This document shows, piece after piece, positions 27,168-36,961 of a stretch of DNA of 64,000 nt. The translations under genes and the position numbers were made by a program. How positions within the stretch are numbered: position 1 is the stretch's first letter; the number at the start of each line of letters is the position of its first letter. The notes beneath the pieces are model-generated. The model was not told where the DNA came from and did no database searches. It was given only the letters and a program-made list of their open reading frames with translations. Source of the DNA: Reclinomonas americana ATCC 50394 (Eukaryota); the NCBI GenBank assembly GCA_048213135.1, contig PS015009.1, forward strand, positions 1,922,001 through 1,986,000, written 5' to 3'.

Positions 27168-29333
27168 TTATAAGGAAAGATAAAGCTGGTTGGCCTCGGC
27201 CAGTGCTGCCAGGCAGGTTTGTTCCAGGGTGTGGAAGTAAAGGGCAAAGCTTTCGTTGGTCAGTGTATCGTATTCCAGCGCATCCAGCTCTGGCTGCAGG
27301 GTTTCATGAAGCCCCATAACAGATAAGGTGGTTCTCATATTATGCGCCAGGCGCCTGACGTCTTCTGTACGCCTGGCTGACCAGGCTGTGTTGATCGCAG
27401 CCAATTCTTCGGGTACGGCTTCGATAAACTGGCCGGTTACATTTTTTTCATACGTCTTGTCGCCGCCACTAACTTCCTGCATGTATTGCAGGCGGATATA
27501 CCGGAAACCGGTTGCCGCCACCGTTTCCTTTTCCGGGTAAGTCAGCGGCGAAGCAATAAAGCGGCAGATCAGTTCATACATTTCTTTCTCCCGGATCGGT
27601 TTCGATAAATAATCATTCATGCCATAACCCAGGCACTTTTCTTTTTCACCGGCAAGCGCATTGGCTGTCATGGCCACAATAGGGGTTTCAAGGCCCAGTA
27701 CATTTCTTATCTCCCGGGTCGCGGTATAGCCATCCATCTCCGGCATCTGTATATCCATGAAAATAAGATCATAGGTTTTCTCCTTCAGCTTTTCAATGGC
27801 TTCACGGCCGTTCCGGGTAATGTCATAATCCAGGCCCCATTCTGAAAATAAGTGCGCAACAAGGCTTTGGTTGATCTCGTTGTCTTCAGCAACCAATACC
27901 CGCCGGTTACCCGACACGAATTTGCCGGTGAAAGAAGGAAGTGCGGCAGTGCCTGCATCAGCTAAGGGTTCAGACGAGATCCTGTAAGGTATTTCCAGGT
28001 GAAATACAGTTCCTTTACCGGGCTCGCTTTCAACCCTGATTCTGCCCTTTTGTAACAGGGTAAGTTCATATACAATGGAGAGCCCCAGTCCAGTACCCCC
28101 ATAATTCCTGGTTACGGCATCATCGGCCTGCTGAAAACGGTCAAAAATATGCGCCAGTTTTTCTTTCTCTATACCAATGCCGGTATCCTCCACACGTATA
28201 CACATAAAAAGAACAGACCCTTCCTGTCTTTCCGGGTAAATGCTGATGGTGATGCTGCCTTCGCGGGTGAACTTCAGCGCATTGCCCACCAGGTTTACCA
28301 GTATCTGGGTCAGCCTGACCGCGTCGCCTTCCAGGTTCGGGGGTACGCGGTCATCGATCGCTGTATGAATGCGGATGTTTTTTTCGGCGGCCCTGGCCGT
28401 GAACATAACTTCTACGGAATGAACCAGGGCATGTATACTGAACGGAGCTGATTCGATCCGCATCATACCGGCCTCAATTTTGGAAAGGTCGAGTATATCA
28501 TTGATAATGGAGAGAAGGTTGTCGCCGCTCTTCTGTATGCTTTGCAGGTATTCCTTCGCCCGTGGAGTAAGGTCCTGCCTTTCCAGCAGGGTGGTAAAGC
28601 CCATGATGGCATTCATTGGTGTGCGGATCTCGTGGCTCATGTTGGCCATGAAATTCTCCTTGATCCTGGCGGCTTCCTTTACCTTTTTTTCTGAATCAAT
28701 CAGTTTCTGTATAATGGAAATGATATACCAGAACAGCACAGCTGCGCTGATGAGTGTCAGTACGATAAGGACATTGTTCAACCGTTCGGCTTTTTGCCCG
28801 CTCCTGATATTGGCATCATTCAATTTTTTGATAAGCGTATGCCTGGCGTCTTTCACCTGCTGGGCGAGGCTGTATATACTATCCATCAGCTGCTTGCCTT
28901 CAAGTGTATTGATCAGCTTTTCAGCAGTTCCTTTACCCTTGTTGTGCAGGGAATCGAGCAGGGCATTTTCAAAATCGACCTTACGCTGTACTACGGTATC
29001 CAGCTTGTCTACCAGCGAAATGGATACAGTGTCGTCGGCGATCTGTTGTAACTGTCCAAGATCATGGTGTATCCTGGTTACCCTGGCACCCATGTCCCTG
29101 ATGAAACTCGGGTTGCCGGTGGATACATATTCACTGACATTACTTTCTATCCGCACCACATCTTTTTCCAGTTCCCTCAGCGCTGAATTGATATTGTATT
29201 CATCCAGGTATTTCTGGTTGCCGCTGGTGAGGGCATTGATGTTCTTGGAGAAATTATACTGGATGTACACCAGTATAAGCGTACCGGTAATAAAAGCAGC
29301 GAGAATATAAAAGACGATCTTTCTGCCTGACAT
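27168..29333 (-). CDS. Hybrid sensor histidine kinase (CHASE3-like, HisKA, HATPase, REC, Hpt)
   Basis: Two TMs; 'FMANMSHEIRTPMN', 'NLVGNALKFT', 'DTGIGI', 'GGTGLGL', REC 'FMDIQMPEMDG', Hpt 'LAHNMR'. Confidence 0.95.
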   Translation of the reverse strand: MSGRKIVFYILAAFITGTLILVYIQYNFSKNINALTSGNQKYLDEYNINSALRELEKDVVRIESNVSEYVSTGNPSFIRDMGARVTRIHHDLGQLQQIADDTVSISLVDKLDTVVQRKVDFENALLDSLHNKGKGTAEKLINTLEGKQLMDSIYSLAQQVKDARHTLIKKLNDANIRSGQKAERLNNVLIVLTLISAAVLFWYIISIIQKLIDSEKKVKEAARIKENFMANMSHEIRTPMNAIMGFTTLLERQDLTPRAKEYLQSIQKSGDNLLSIINDILDLSKIEAGMMRIESAPFSIHALVHSVEVMFTARAAEKNIRIHTAIDDRVPPNLEGDAVRLTQILVNLVGNALKFTREGSITISIYPERQEGSVLFMCIRVEDTGIGIEKEKLAHIFDRFQQADDAVTRNYGGTGLGLSIVYELTLLQKGRIRVESEPGKGTVFHLEIPYRISSEPLADAGTAALPSFTGKFVSGNRRVLVAEDNEINQSLVAHLFSEWGLDYDITRNGREAIEKLKEKTYDLIFMDIQMPEMDGYTATREIRNVLGLETPIVAMTANALAGEKEKCLGYGMNDYLSKPIREKEMYELICRFIASPLTYPEKETVAATGFRYIRLQYMQEVSGGDKTYEKNVTGQFIEAVPEELAAINTAWSARRTEDVRRLAHNMRTTLSVMGLHETLQPELDALEYDTLTNESFALYFHTLEQTCLAALAEANQLYLSL

Positions 29334-29366
29334 AGCTGAATTGCTTTCTCAATTTAAGGAAAGATA

Positions 29367-29567
29367 CTAATGTTTGCTTTCTGCGGGAAGCTTAAGATAA
29401 CGGTACAGGAAGTATACCATCAGCGATATACACAGGGTCATTCCCGCAATGATTGCGGAAAGCGGGAGAAATGCCGCCCGGTCGTCCAGCAGTTCCAGGA
29501 ACCAGTAAGACAGCAGCACAAGTGCCAGGGTGCCCATGAGGAATAGTATGATATAAAGCGTTTTCAT
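29367..29567 (-). CDS. Small two-TM membrane protein (66 aa)
   Basis: Likely start MKTLYIILF (29567); two hydrophobic helices; lies between the LytTR and kinase genes. Confidence 0.65.
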   Translation of the reverse strand: MKTLYIILFLMGTLALVLLSYWFLELLDDRAAFLPLSAIIAGMTLCISLMVYFLYRYLKLPAESKH

Positions 29568-29752
29568 CTTTTCATTCCCGGTATTGAAATATAGCCCGGC
29601 TTTCACCGGGCTAATGAACAACAAGCTGGTACGATGAAAATTTTTGATGTTGCGATTCTTGTTCCGGTAGTAAAAATAATACCGGGGATGGGGGAGCAGG
29701 CGGCGGAATCGGCCAACAGGCATTTCCTGTCGGCGAAAATAGAAGAGGGGAG

Positions 29753-30448
29753 TTACAGGATATTCATTCTTTTATTAAGGGCAGACCGGTAGGCGTCGGC
29801 TACAGGAACCGGTTTGCCGTTGATCACCAATGCCCCGTCCTGCAGTGTGTCTATTTTGGATATGGCGGCTATATAGGAACGATGTACCCGCAGAAAAGAC
29901 GCGGCAGGCAGGCGCTCCTCAACAGCTTTCAGTGTTGTATGTATCGCATAAAATTTGTGGAGGGTGTGCAGTTTTACATAGTCGCCCATAGCTTCCGCGA
30001 AAAGGATATCATCGAGTTTCAGCCTGCGCACAATATTGGAGTCCCGTATGAATATGAATTCATCCCCGCTGAAGTCAATCTCTTCCGAGTTACTGACCAT
30101 CATGTCGCGGGCTTTGTCAATAGCTTGTATGAACCGGGCGGGTGTAACAGGTTTAACAATGTAATCAGCCACGTTCAGCTCAAAAGCTTCTGCGGCGTAG
30201 TCTTTTTTTGATGTAGTAAAAATGATGATCGGCCGCTTATTGCCCAGGTTCCTGGTCAGCTCAAGACCTGTCATGCCGGGCATTTCAATATCAAGCAGCA
30301 ATACATCCACCGGTAATTCCTGCAACAGGTTATAGGCTTCCATCGCGTCGGCGCACTCGCCTGTGAGTACAAGGTCTTTAACCTGGCTCACCAGTTGCTT
30401 CATGGTTGTGCGGGCAATCTTATTATCGTCAACGATCAAAACATTCAT
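29753..30448 (-). CDS. LytTR-family response regulator
   Basis: REC 'IVDD...LLDIEMPGMTG...DYIVKP'; LytTR 'EAMGDYVKLH...FLRVHRSYI'. Confidence 0.96.
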   Translation of the reverse strand: MNVLIVDDNKIARTTMKQLVSQVKDLVLTGECADAMEAYNLLQELPVDVLLLDIEMPGMTGLELTRNLGNKRPIIIFTTSKKDYAAEAFELNVADYIVKPVTPARFIQAIDKARDMMVSNSEEIDFSGDEFIFIRDSNIVRRLKLDDILFAEAMGDYVKLHTLHKFYAIHTTLKAVEERLPAASFLRVHRSYIAAISKIDTLQDGALVINGKPVPVADAYRSALNKRMNIL

Positions 30449-30689
30449 ACCGTTAAAATTACTTCAAAATGTATCATATATCAACAGGCCGGGTAGGAAG
30501 ATCAGGGTTTTTCAACGATGTCTTCAGATATTGCCGGAGGAATAACTCATCGGCTTGCATACCCGGACCGACACTAAACCGGTTTCCGGCTATCCGTTTT
30601 GCCCGGCGGGCGATAATCGTTTCCGAAGCTTTCCGGCTGGGTGTAGGTTTGTCCTGCAAACAAAAACAAACTCACGTAAAAATGAACAG

Positions 30690-31265
30690 ATGAAAAAGAT
30701 AGCAATCCTCTTTGCTGCCGCTACCATGATCGCGGCAGGTACAAGCGCCCAAACCTCATTAGCCATGCAGGATAACAACAAAGCTGTAAAAAAAGAATTC
30801 ATAAAGGAGAAAAGAGCGGAGCGTAAAGCATTGAAAAAACTTCCCGGCAACCAGGTCAGCGGGATAGCCAAACAGAACTTCTTTCATGACTTCGGTAAAG
30901 TGCCTGGCGCTGCCTGGAAAAGAGGTGTCACTTTTGACGAAGTGACCTTTACCAAAAACGGATCGGTGATGACGGCATATTATGATTATGAGGCTAACCT
31001 GGTAGGAACGGTGACTAAAAAAACATTCAATGACCTGCCGGCGAAAGCAAAAAATTACATCAATAAAAAATACGGCGACTATACAAAAGGCGATGTGATC
31101 TTCTTTGATGATAATGAGAATAATGATACGGATATGATCCTGTTCGGCACCCAGTTCGATGATGCCGATAATTATTTCGCAGAAGTGACCAGGGCGGGAA
31201 AGACGACGATATTGGCGGTGACTCCTGCAGGCGAAGTAAGCTACTTTGGCGAAACAGGCAAGTAA
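30690..31265 (+). CDS. Exported protein, PepSY-like/BLIP-like repeats
   Basis: Start MKKIAILF with signal peptide; 'FFHDFG...W...EVTF...AYYD...G', 'NDLPAKAKNYINKKY'; TAGGTTTG at 30644-30651. Confidence 0.65.
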   Translation: MKKIAILFAAATMIAAGTSAQTSLAMQDNNKAVKKEFIKEKRAERKALKKLPGNQVSGIAKQNFFHDFGKVPGAAWKRGVTFDEVTFTKNGSVMTAYYDYEANLVGTVTKKTFNDLPAKAKNYINKKYGDYTKGDVIFFDDNENNDTDMILFGTQFDDADNYFAEVTRAGKTTILAVTPAGEVSYFGETGK

Positions 31266-31292
31266 GGTTAAGAAGGCGGGTAGCTGAACCGC

Positions 31293-31328
31293 AATGTTCC
31301 CCGGTTAATGCCGGGGAACATTTTTTAT
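31293..31328. terminator. Rho-independent terminator
   Basis: AATGTTCCCCGG-loop-CCGGGGAACATT plus T-run; between convergent genes. Confidence 0.88.
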
Positions 31329-31336
31329 GTTATTGA

Positions 31337-31699
31337 TCAGTCTTTACTAACGATACGGCAGGGAACTTCCAGGTCTTCAGACAAATAGTAGATCGAACAT
31401 ATCCGGTGGTACCCGTCGGCTATTACCAGTTTTGGTCCTCTTACCAGCAGGATGGGCGATAATTTCTTCCCCTTCTTCACTTTCTGCAGGTTAATCTTAA
31501 CATGTATATTACTTTCCGGGAGCAGGGGTAACTCACTTGCCCGCAGAATGTCTTTGGCTTTTTTTGTTATGGTGGGTGCCTTTTTCAGACGGGCTACGAT
31601 CTTGTTCACGGCGGCACTGTCGTATAGCAGTTCCAGGTAATCGGCAGCGGCCGGAAAGTCATGCTCTTCAGGATCCTTCAACCAGAATTTTGATTTCAT
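31337..31699 (-). CDS. Small ParB/Srx-like hypothetical protein
   Basis: 'LSPILLVRG.KLVIADGYHR' ParB/sulfiredoxin-type motif in a 120-aa stand-alone protein. Confidence 0.65.
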   Translation of the reverse strand: MKSKFWLKDPEEHDFPAAADYLELLYDSAAVNKIVARLKKAPTITKKAKDILRASELPLLPESNIHVKINLQKVKKGKKLSPILLVRGPKLVIADGYHRICSIYYLSEDLEVPCRIVSKD

Positions 31700-31761
31700 A
31701 GCAGGTTCGTTTTGTCATACAAATATACCTCCCGGGCTTTATTTTTCACCGCCATTGCAAC

Positions 31762-31828
31762 GGCCTTATAAACAAAGCAAACTCGGACTTTTGAACAAAG
31801 CCACCGGGTTCTGGGCTATCTACTTTTG
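31762..31828 (+). promoter_or_regulatory. Tandem direct-repeat (AraC-type) site and -7 promoter of the SDR operon
   Basis: GGCCTTATAAACAAAGC (31762) and GGACTTTTGAACAAAGC (31785) are 14/17 identical; TACTTTTG near 31820-31828. Confidence 0.55.
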
Positions 31829-31850
31829 TTCTCACAAAAACAATTTAAAA

Positions 31851-32846
31851 ATGAAACAAAGTAATTACCAGGGAGCCCTGCAACAACCAACCGGTTCGGG
31901 CTTTAACGCAGGATCAACAACAAATGATGTTATGCAAGGCATCAGCCTCACAGGAAAAATTGCCATTGTAACCGGCGGCAACACCGGTATTGGCCTGGAA
32001 ACAACCAGGGCGCTTGCCGCTGCCGGGGCAACAGTTATCGTTCCCGCGAGAGATATTGAAAAAGCGAAGACAAATCTCCAGGGCATTCCTAACACAGAAG
32101 TGGAAGTCATGGACCTGATGGATGCTTCATCTATCGATGATTTCGCTTCCCGGTTCCTGGAATCAGGCCGTCCGCTCCATTTGCTCATCAACAACGCGGG
32201 TATTATGTGGGTGCCTTTACGCAGGGATCAGCGTGGCTTCGAATCACAACTGGTCACCAATTACCTGGCACAGTTTCAACTCACGGCAAGGTTATGGCCT
32301 GCGCTCAAAAAAGCAAACGGCGCCAGGGTGGTCAATGTTTCTTCGCATGGACACCAGTTTGCTCCTTTCGATTTTGAGGACCCCAATTTCCTGCACAGGG
32401 AGTATGAAACACTGCAGGGTTACGGGCAATCGAAAACGGCTGTTAACCTGTTTTCCCTTGAACTGAACAATCGTGCTCAGTCATACGGTGTAAACGTTTA
32501 TGCCGTACACCCCGGCTCTATCGGAGGAACGGAATTGGGAAGAGAAGCACCCCTCGAACTGTTTCAGCAGATGGGTTTTTGCGATGCCGACGGAAACCTG
32601 TTGCCCGAAGTGGCAGCCTCGTTGAAAACAATACCGCAGGGTGCCGCTACAACTGTATGGTGTGCCACAAGTCCGCTGCTCAACAATGTAGGCGGCGTGT
32701 ATTGTGAAGATGCCGATATCGCCGTGCTGGCTTCTGATACGGCTATGTCGCCCGGTGTAAAATTATATTCTCTGGATGAAACCAATGCCAAAAGGTTGTG
32801 GACATTAAGCGAAGAAATGACAGGAATACAATTTCCTGTTAATTAA
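31851..32846 (+). CDS. SDR oxidoreductase (retinol dehydrogenase/WWOX-like)
   Basis: 'VTGGNTGIG', 'LINNAG', 'VNVSS', 'YGQSK', 'HPG', 'QGAAT'. Confidence 0.93.
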   Translation: MKQSNYQGALQQPTGSGFNAGSTTNDVMQGISLTGKIAIVTGGNTGIGLETTRALAAAGATVIVPARDIEKAKTNLQGIPNTEVEVMDLMDASSIDDFASRFLESGRPLHLLINNAGIMWVPLRRDQRGFESQLVTNYLAQFQLTARLWPALKKANGARVVNVSSHGHQFAPFDFEDPNFLHREYETLQGYGQSKTAVNLFSLELNNRAQSYGVNVYAVHPGSIGGTELGREAPLELFQQMGFCDADGNLLPEVAASLKTIPQGAATTVWCATSPLLNNVGGVYCEDADIAVLASDTAMSPGVKLYSLDETNAKRLWTLSEEMTGIQFPVN

Positions 32847-32871
32847 TCAATGAATATTAAATAAGTGAACA

Positions 32872-33600
32872 ATGAAAAATCTTGAAAATAAAGTAGCCGT
32901 TATTACAGGCGGTAACAGCGGAATAGGATATGCCGCAGCGAGGGCATTGCAGGAAAACGGTGCCAGGGTGATCATTACCGGCAGGAGAAAGGACGCAGTG
33001 GAAAAAGCAGCGTCAGAACTTAACGTAACCGGGCTGGTAGCTGATCAGTCGAGCTTGCCGGCTATTCAAAGCCTGGTGACTGAGGTAGCCGGTAGATTCG
33101 GTAAGGTCGATATACTGCTTGTCAATGCAGGTATAACCAGGTTGGGCGCTATTGAACAAATGGAAGAAAGCGTCTTTGATGAAGTGATGAATATCAATTT
33201 TAAAGGAGCCTATTTTACGTTGAGTAAGTTCATTCCTGTTCTGAATGACAAGGCATCGGTTATACTGTTATCATCAACATCCGCCACGATCTCTCCCCGG
33301 TACGCATCTGTATACGCGGCAAGTAAAGCGGCCGTCAATGCGGTAATGAAGATAGCAGCCCTGGAACTGGCGCCCCGGCAAATACGGGTTAACGCGGTAA
33401 GCCCGGGACCCGTTGCCACGGAGATCATGAATAAGATAGGTTTAGATGATCAGCTGGAGGCGCAATTGATCAGCAGTGTTCCATTGGCGAGAATGGGAAG
33501 GCCGGAAGAAGTAGCCGGTATGATAGCCTTCTTATCAGGCGATGAAGCTGCTTTTATTACCGGATCTAATTTCCTTGTCGATGGCGGGCAGTCTGTCTGA
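32872..33600 (+). CDS. Classical SDR oxidoreductase
   Basis: 'ITGGNSGIG', 'NAGI', 'YAASK', 'VNAVSPG', 'VDGG'. Confidence 0.95.
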   Translation: MKNLENKVAVITGGNSGIGYAAARALQENGARVIITGRRKDAVEKAASELNVTGLVADQSSLPAIQSLVTEVAGRFGKVDILLVNAGITRLGAIEQMEESVFDEVMNINFKGAYFTLSKFIPVLNDKASVILLSSTSATISPRYASVYAASKAAVNAVMKIAALELAPRQIRVNAVSPGPVATEIMNKIGLDDQLEAQLISSVPLARMGRPEEVAGMIAFLSGDEAAFITGSNFLVDGGQSV

Positions 33601-33713
33601 CGGATGTGGCAGCCTGAAAAATTAAATATGATCTTTTAAACAACGCGAAATGTATGATACTCTCTATTTTTGCATTCATATATTCCTTCTTGCGAAAAAC
33701 TAAAAAACGAACC

Positions 33714-34529
33714 ATGGAATATAAGGCCAAGTATATTACAGAGGATATAAAACTCTCCAGCTACGACGATAATTTTTTCAAGTCGGATATAATGTTTGAC
33801 CACCACATGCTGGTATGGTTCATCTCCGGCGAAACAAAGATCGTACAGGCTGAGGCGACTTATTTTTTCAAAAAGGGCGATATTTTCCTGATCCCGAGAA
33901 ACCAGCTGGCCACTATTATCAACTATCCTAAAGATGGAGAGCCGCATAAAACCGTAGTGATGCATTTGTCGGTGGAAAGGCTCAGGGAATTCTATACCAG
34001 CCGGGCCGTAAAACCGAAACCGCTGAAGTCTCACAAAATTTACCGGTTCAATGATCATCCGTTGCTGGAAAGTTGTCTCGCTTCGCTGATCCCTTACTTT
34101 GAAATGAAGGATATCCCGGATGATATCGCTTCCCTTAAAATTGCAGAGGCCATCAGCATTCTCCGAACACTGGACAAGGACATTGACAATGTGCTGGCCA
34201 ATTTCGAGGAACCGGGAAAGATCAACCTGGCGGATTATATGGAGAAAAACTTCATGTTCAACCTGCCCATGGAAAAATTCGGGTACCTCACAGGACGAAG
34301 CCTTACCACGTTTAAAAGAGATTTTAAAAAAGTGTTTAACACCACCCCGCAACGGTGGCTTACACAAAAAAGGCTGGAGCTTGCGCACTACCAGTTTGTT
34401 GAAAAGAAAAGGAAACCCGTTGATGTCTGCTACGAAACAGGATTTGAGAACCTGTCACATTTTTCTTACGCCTTCAAAAAACATTTCGGTTATGCGCCTA
34501 CAGAATTGCTGGGACAACTGGATCAATAA
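33714..34529 (+). CDS. AraC-family transcriptional regulator
   Basis: C-terminal 'GRSLTTFKRDFKK...PQRWL...GFENLSHFSYAFKKHFGYAP'. Confidence 0.94.
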   Translation: MEYKAKYITEDIKLSSYDDNFFKSDIMFDHHMLVWFISGETKIVQAEATYFFKKGDIFLIPRNQLATIINYPKDGEPHKTVVMHLSVERLREFYTSRAVKPKPLKSHKIYRFNDHPLLESCLASLIPYFEMKDIPDDIASLKIAEAISILRTLDKDIDNVLANFEEPGKINLADYMEKNFMFNLPMEKFGYLTGRSLTTFKRDFKKVFNTTPQRWLTQKRLELAHYQFVEKKRKPVDVCYETGFENLSHFSYAFKKHFGYAPTELLGQLDQ

Positions 34530-34546
34530 ATTCTAAAACGACAAGC

Positions 34547-35320
34547 ATGCCCTGGAACCCGGAAAAATACAACCAGTTTAAAAGTATCAGGTATCAGCCT
34601 TTTTTCGACCTGGCGGAATTCATCTCCGGGGAAGGTTTGAACAATGCAGTAGATATTGGTTGCGGAACGGGAGAGCAAACGAAGATCCTGTCTGAAAAAT
34701 TTGAAAGGGCATCGTTCCTTGGTATTGATTCTTCACCTGAAATGCTTTCAAAGAGCAAAGACCTGGAAAGCAGTAACCTGCATTTTAAGAATGCCACCGT
34801 TGAGGACTTTGTCGCTTCAGAACAGGAGCAAAAATGGGATCTTATTTTCAGCAACGCGGCCCTGCAATGGTCAGATGACCATGATAATTTATTCCCCGCT
34901 TTAATTTCCCTTTTAAACGATAATGGCCAGCTCGCGGTACAAATGCCGGTGCAAAAAGAAAACCGGCTCAACCAGTTGCTGCTGGACCTGGTGCAGGAAA
35001 AACCTTTCGCTGATCATTTGCAGGGCTGGAAAAGAGAATCGCCGTTACTGAGTAAGGATGCGTATGCGCAGATCATGTTTGAAGGCGGACTGTCTAACAT
35101 CCAGGTTATTCAAAAGGTTTATCCCATTATCGCTGAAGATCCGGAGAAGCTGTTTGATTTTATTGCCGGGTCAGCATTAATACCTTACCTGGAAAGAATA
35201 CCCGTGACCGAACAGGCGAAGTTTGTAACCGAGTATAAAGCCAGGATACAAAATGCATTCAAACGTTTTCCTGCCATATATGCTTTTAAGCGCCTGCTCC
35301 TGTACGGAAGAAAGGGCTAA
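34547..35320 (+). CDS. Trans-aconitate 2-methyltransferase-like SAM methyltransferase
   Basis: 'WNPEKY', 'VDIGCGTG', 'GIDSSPEML', 'DLIFSNAALQW', 'LAVQMP'. Confidence 0.88.
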   Translation: MPWNPEKYNQFKSIRYQPFFDLAEFISGEGLNNAVDIGCGTGEQTKILSEKFERASFLGIDSSPEMLSKSKDLESSNLHFKNATVEDFVASEQEQKWDLIFSNAALQWSDDHDNLFPALISLLNDNGQLAVQMPVQKENRLNQLLLDLVQEKPFADHLQGWKRESPLLSKDAYAQIMFEGGLSNIQVIQKVYPIIAEDPEKLFDFIAGSALIPYLERIPVTEQAKFVTEYKARIQNAFKRFPAIYAFKRLLLYGRKG

Positions 35321-35395
35321 ACACTTCAACTTCATAAATACCGTCTGCAGGGTATAGATGTCCGTTATCAGCTGTTTACTTTTAAGAAAAAAAGT

Positions 35396-36883
35396 ATGCA
35401 GTACCCTAACAGCCTTCCCCTGCACCTGCAGGCAGAAGTAAAGTCCAGCCAGCGGCATGAAGATGATGCCTCCGCATTTACAGTAACCACTTTAAACGAC
35501 AGGGAAGAAATGATCTGGGAGCAGGAACGGTTTCCTGAAGAGGCTGACTTCCTTCCCGCCGTTGACCGCGGAGGGGTGATGCCTTGCGCCACTACGGAAA
35601 TAAAAAGGCAAATGAAAATGGCGTCGCGTATGCCATCAGACGATAAACTGAAATGGCGCAGTAAATACCTCGCCGGCAGTTGCGTGGTGTACGTAGCTTT
35701 TCTTAACGGTCCCACGGTTAATTTTAAAACCAATGAAAAGGTAAGAATACAAACCCTGCTCACCGCTATCAATGGCAGCCTGAACCGTATCAATAATCTC
35801 AAGCGCAACGACGGGCAGGCATTTTCCAAAACCACCTTTACAACAGTATGTGATGGTGTGGCTTATGATACCGATGTGGACATCCCGCCGGGGTTCGATG
35901 TGATCCGTAACGTTAAACAGTTTCTCACCAAAAAGAAATATTATTCAGGAACTATTGATGCGGTGCGCACACCGGTATTCCTGCAATCCATGCAGAATTT
36001 CGTCAACGACCTGCGGGACTATTACCGTACCGACTGGGGTATTTTCCTTGTGTGCAATGCAAGCGCTAACCGTTGCTGGGCCGACGCTTCGCCCATGGGC
36101 ATGGCCTATATCAGCGAAAAGGAAAAATACCTGTCCGATATGATACTGCATGAAATACTGCACCTCTTCGGTACCAGTGATGAATACCCACCATCCAAGG
36201 ATTGCGATACCAGTCCGTACGGCTGGTACGACACCGGTAATTATAATTGCGCCACACCAGAAGGTAACCTCAACTGTATGATGGGAAATTATACCGAAGC
36301 AAAATTTACCGGTAAGGATAAAATATGTAAAGCAACAGCCGAGCAGTTATCGCTTGTCGATTTTAACGGCACTACATTTAAACCCCAGCGCGATAAAATA
36401 GTGCATGTATATAATCTTAAGGATAATGTGATGAGAAGCAATAGTGGCAGCTGGCTTTCCGGTGACGTTATACGACAGGGAGGTTATGCCGAAGTTTCCA
36501 TAACCGGCTCTACCAAAATGCATCCCTGGTACAATCCGCATGGACCTGAAGGCGACCTGAATACAATCGTAGGTAACGATCACCTGTTGCCTGGCAAGCC
36601 CTTCAGTTGTGCTGTGGGTCGCTGGCGCAGTCTCAACGGGACAAAGTTTTCCGACTGGTTCCACATAGGAGCGGGTGGTAAATTCCAGGCGCCCTTTACC
36701 GGTTTTTTTACGGTAGCGGTCAATGATAAACTGGACAGCTATGGTGATAATTCAGGATACCTGGATGTAACGCTGAAGTCCTTGCTCAAAGACAATTACG
36801 GCGCTCCTTTTGTATACGCAGGTACACGCTCCGTGGAGGATGGGTTGAAGCCGCAGTCGTTTACATTGGAGAGTAATGATTAG
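35396..36883 (+). CDS. Hypothetical zinc metalloprotease (HExxHxxGxxD) with C-terminal LecA/PA-IL-like domain
   Basis: 'ILHEILHLFGTSDEY'; Met-turn 'NCMMG'; C-domain 'GPEG...AVGR...FHIG...AVND...YGDNSG'. Confidence 0.65.
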   Translation: MQYPNSLPLHLQAEVKSSQRHEDDASAFTVTTLNDREEMIWEQERFPEEADFLPAVDRGGVMPCATTEIKRQMKMASRMPSDDKLKWRSKYLAGSCVVYVAFLNGPTVNFKTNEKVRIQTLLTAINGSLNRINNLKRNDGQAFSKTTFTTVCDGVAYDTDVDIPPGFDVIRNVKQFLTKKKYYSGTIDAVRTPVFLQSMQNFVNDLRDYYRTDWGIFLVCNASANRCWADASPMGMAYISEKEKYLSDMILHEILHLFGTSDEYPPSKDCDTSPYGWYDTGNYNCATPEGNLNCMMGNYTEAKFTGKDKICKATAEQLSLVDFNGTTFKPQRDKIVHVYNLKDNVMRSNSGSWLSGDVIRQGGYAEVSITGSTKMHPWYNPHGPEGDLNTIVGNDHLLPGKPFSCAVGRWRSLNGTKFSDWFHIGAGGKFQAPFTGFFTVAVNDKLDSYGDNSGYLDVTLKSLLKDNYGAPFVYAGTRSVEDGLKPQSFTLESND

Positions 36884-36961
36884 GAGGGTAGTATTAAGTA
36901 GTGAGTAGTTAGTATTGAGTATAAATGCCCACCGGCGTTGGTTAAGTATCTTCTATGGATT

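Noticed and set aside
33636-34388. 250-aa antisense ORF over araC (likewise 55992-56894, 57331-58107, 28480-29310, 41491-42288, 7381-8031)
   Set aside because: These are shadow ORFs opposite well-supported genes and show no recognisable motifs.
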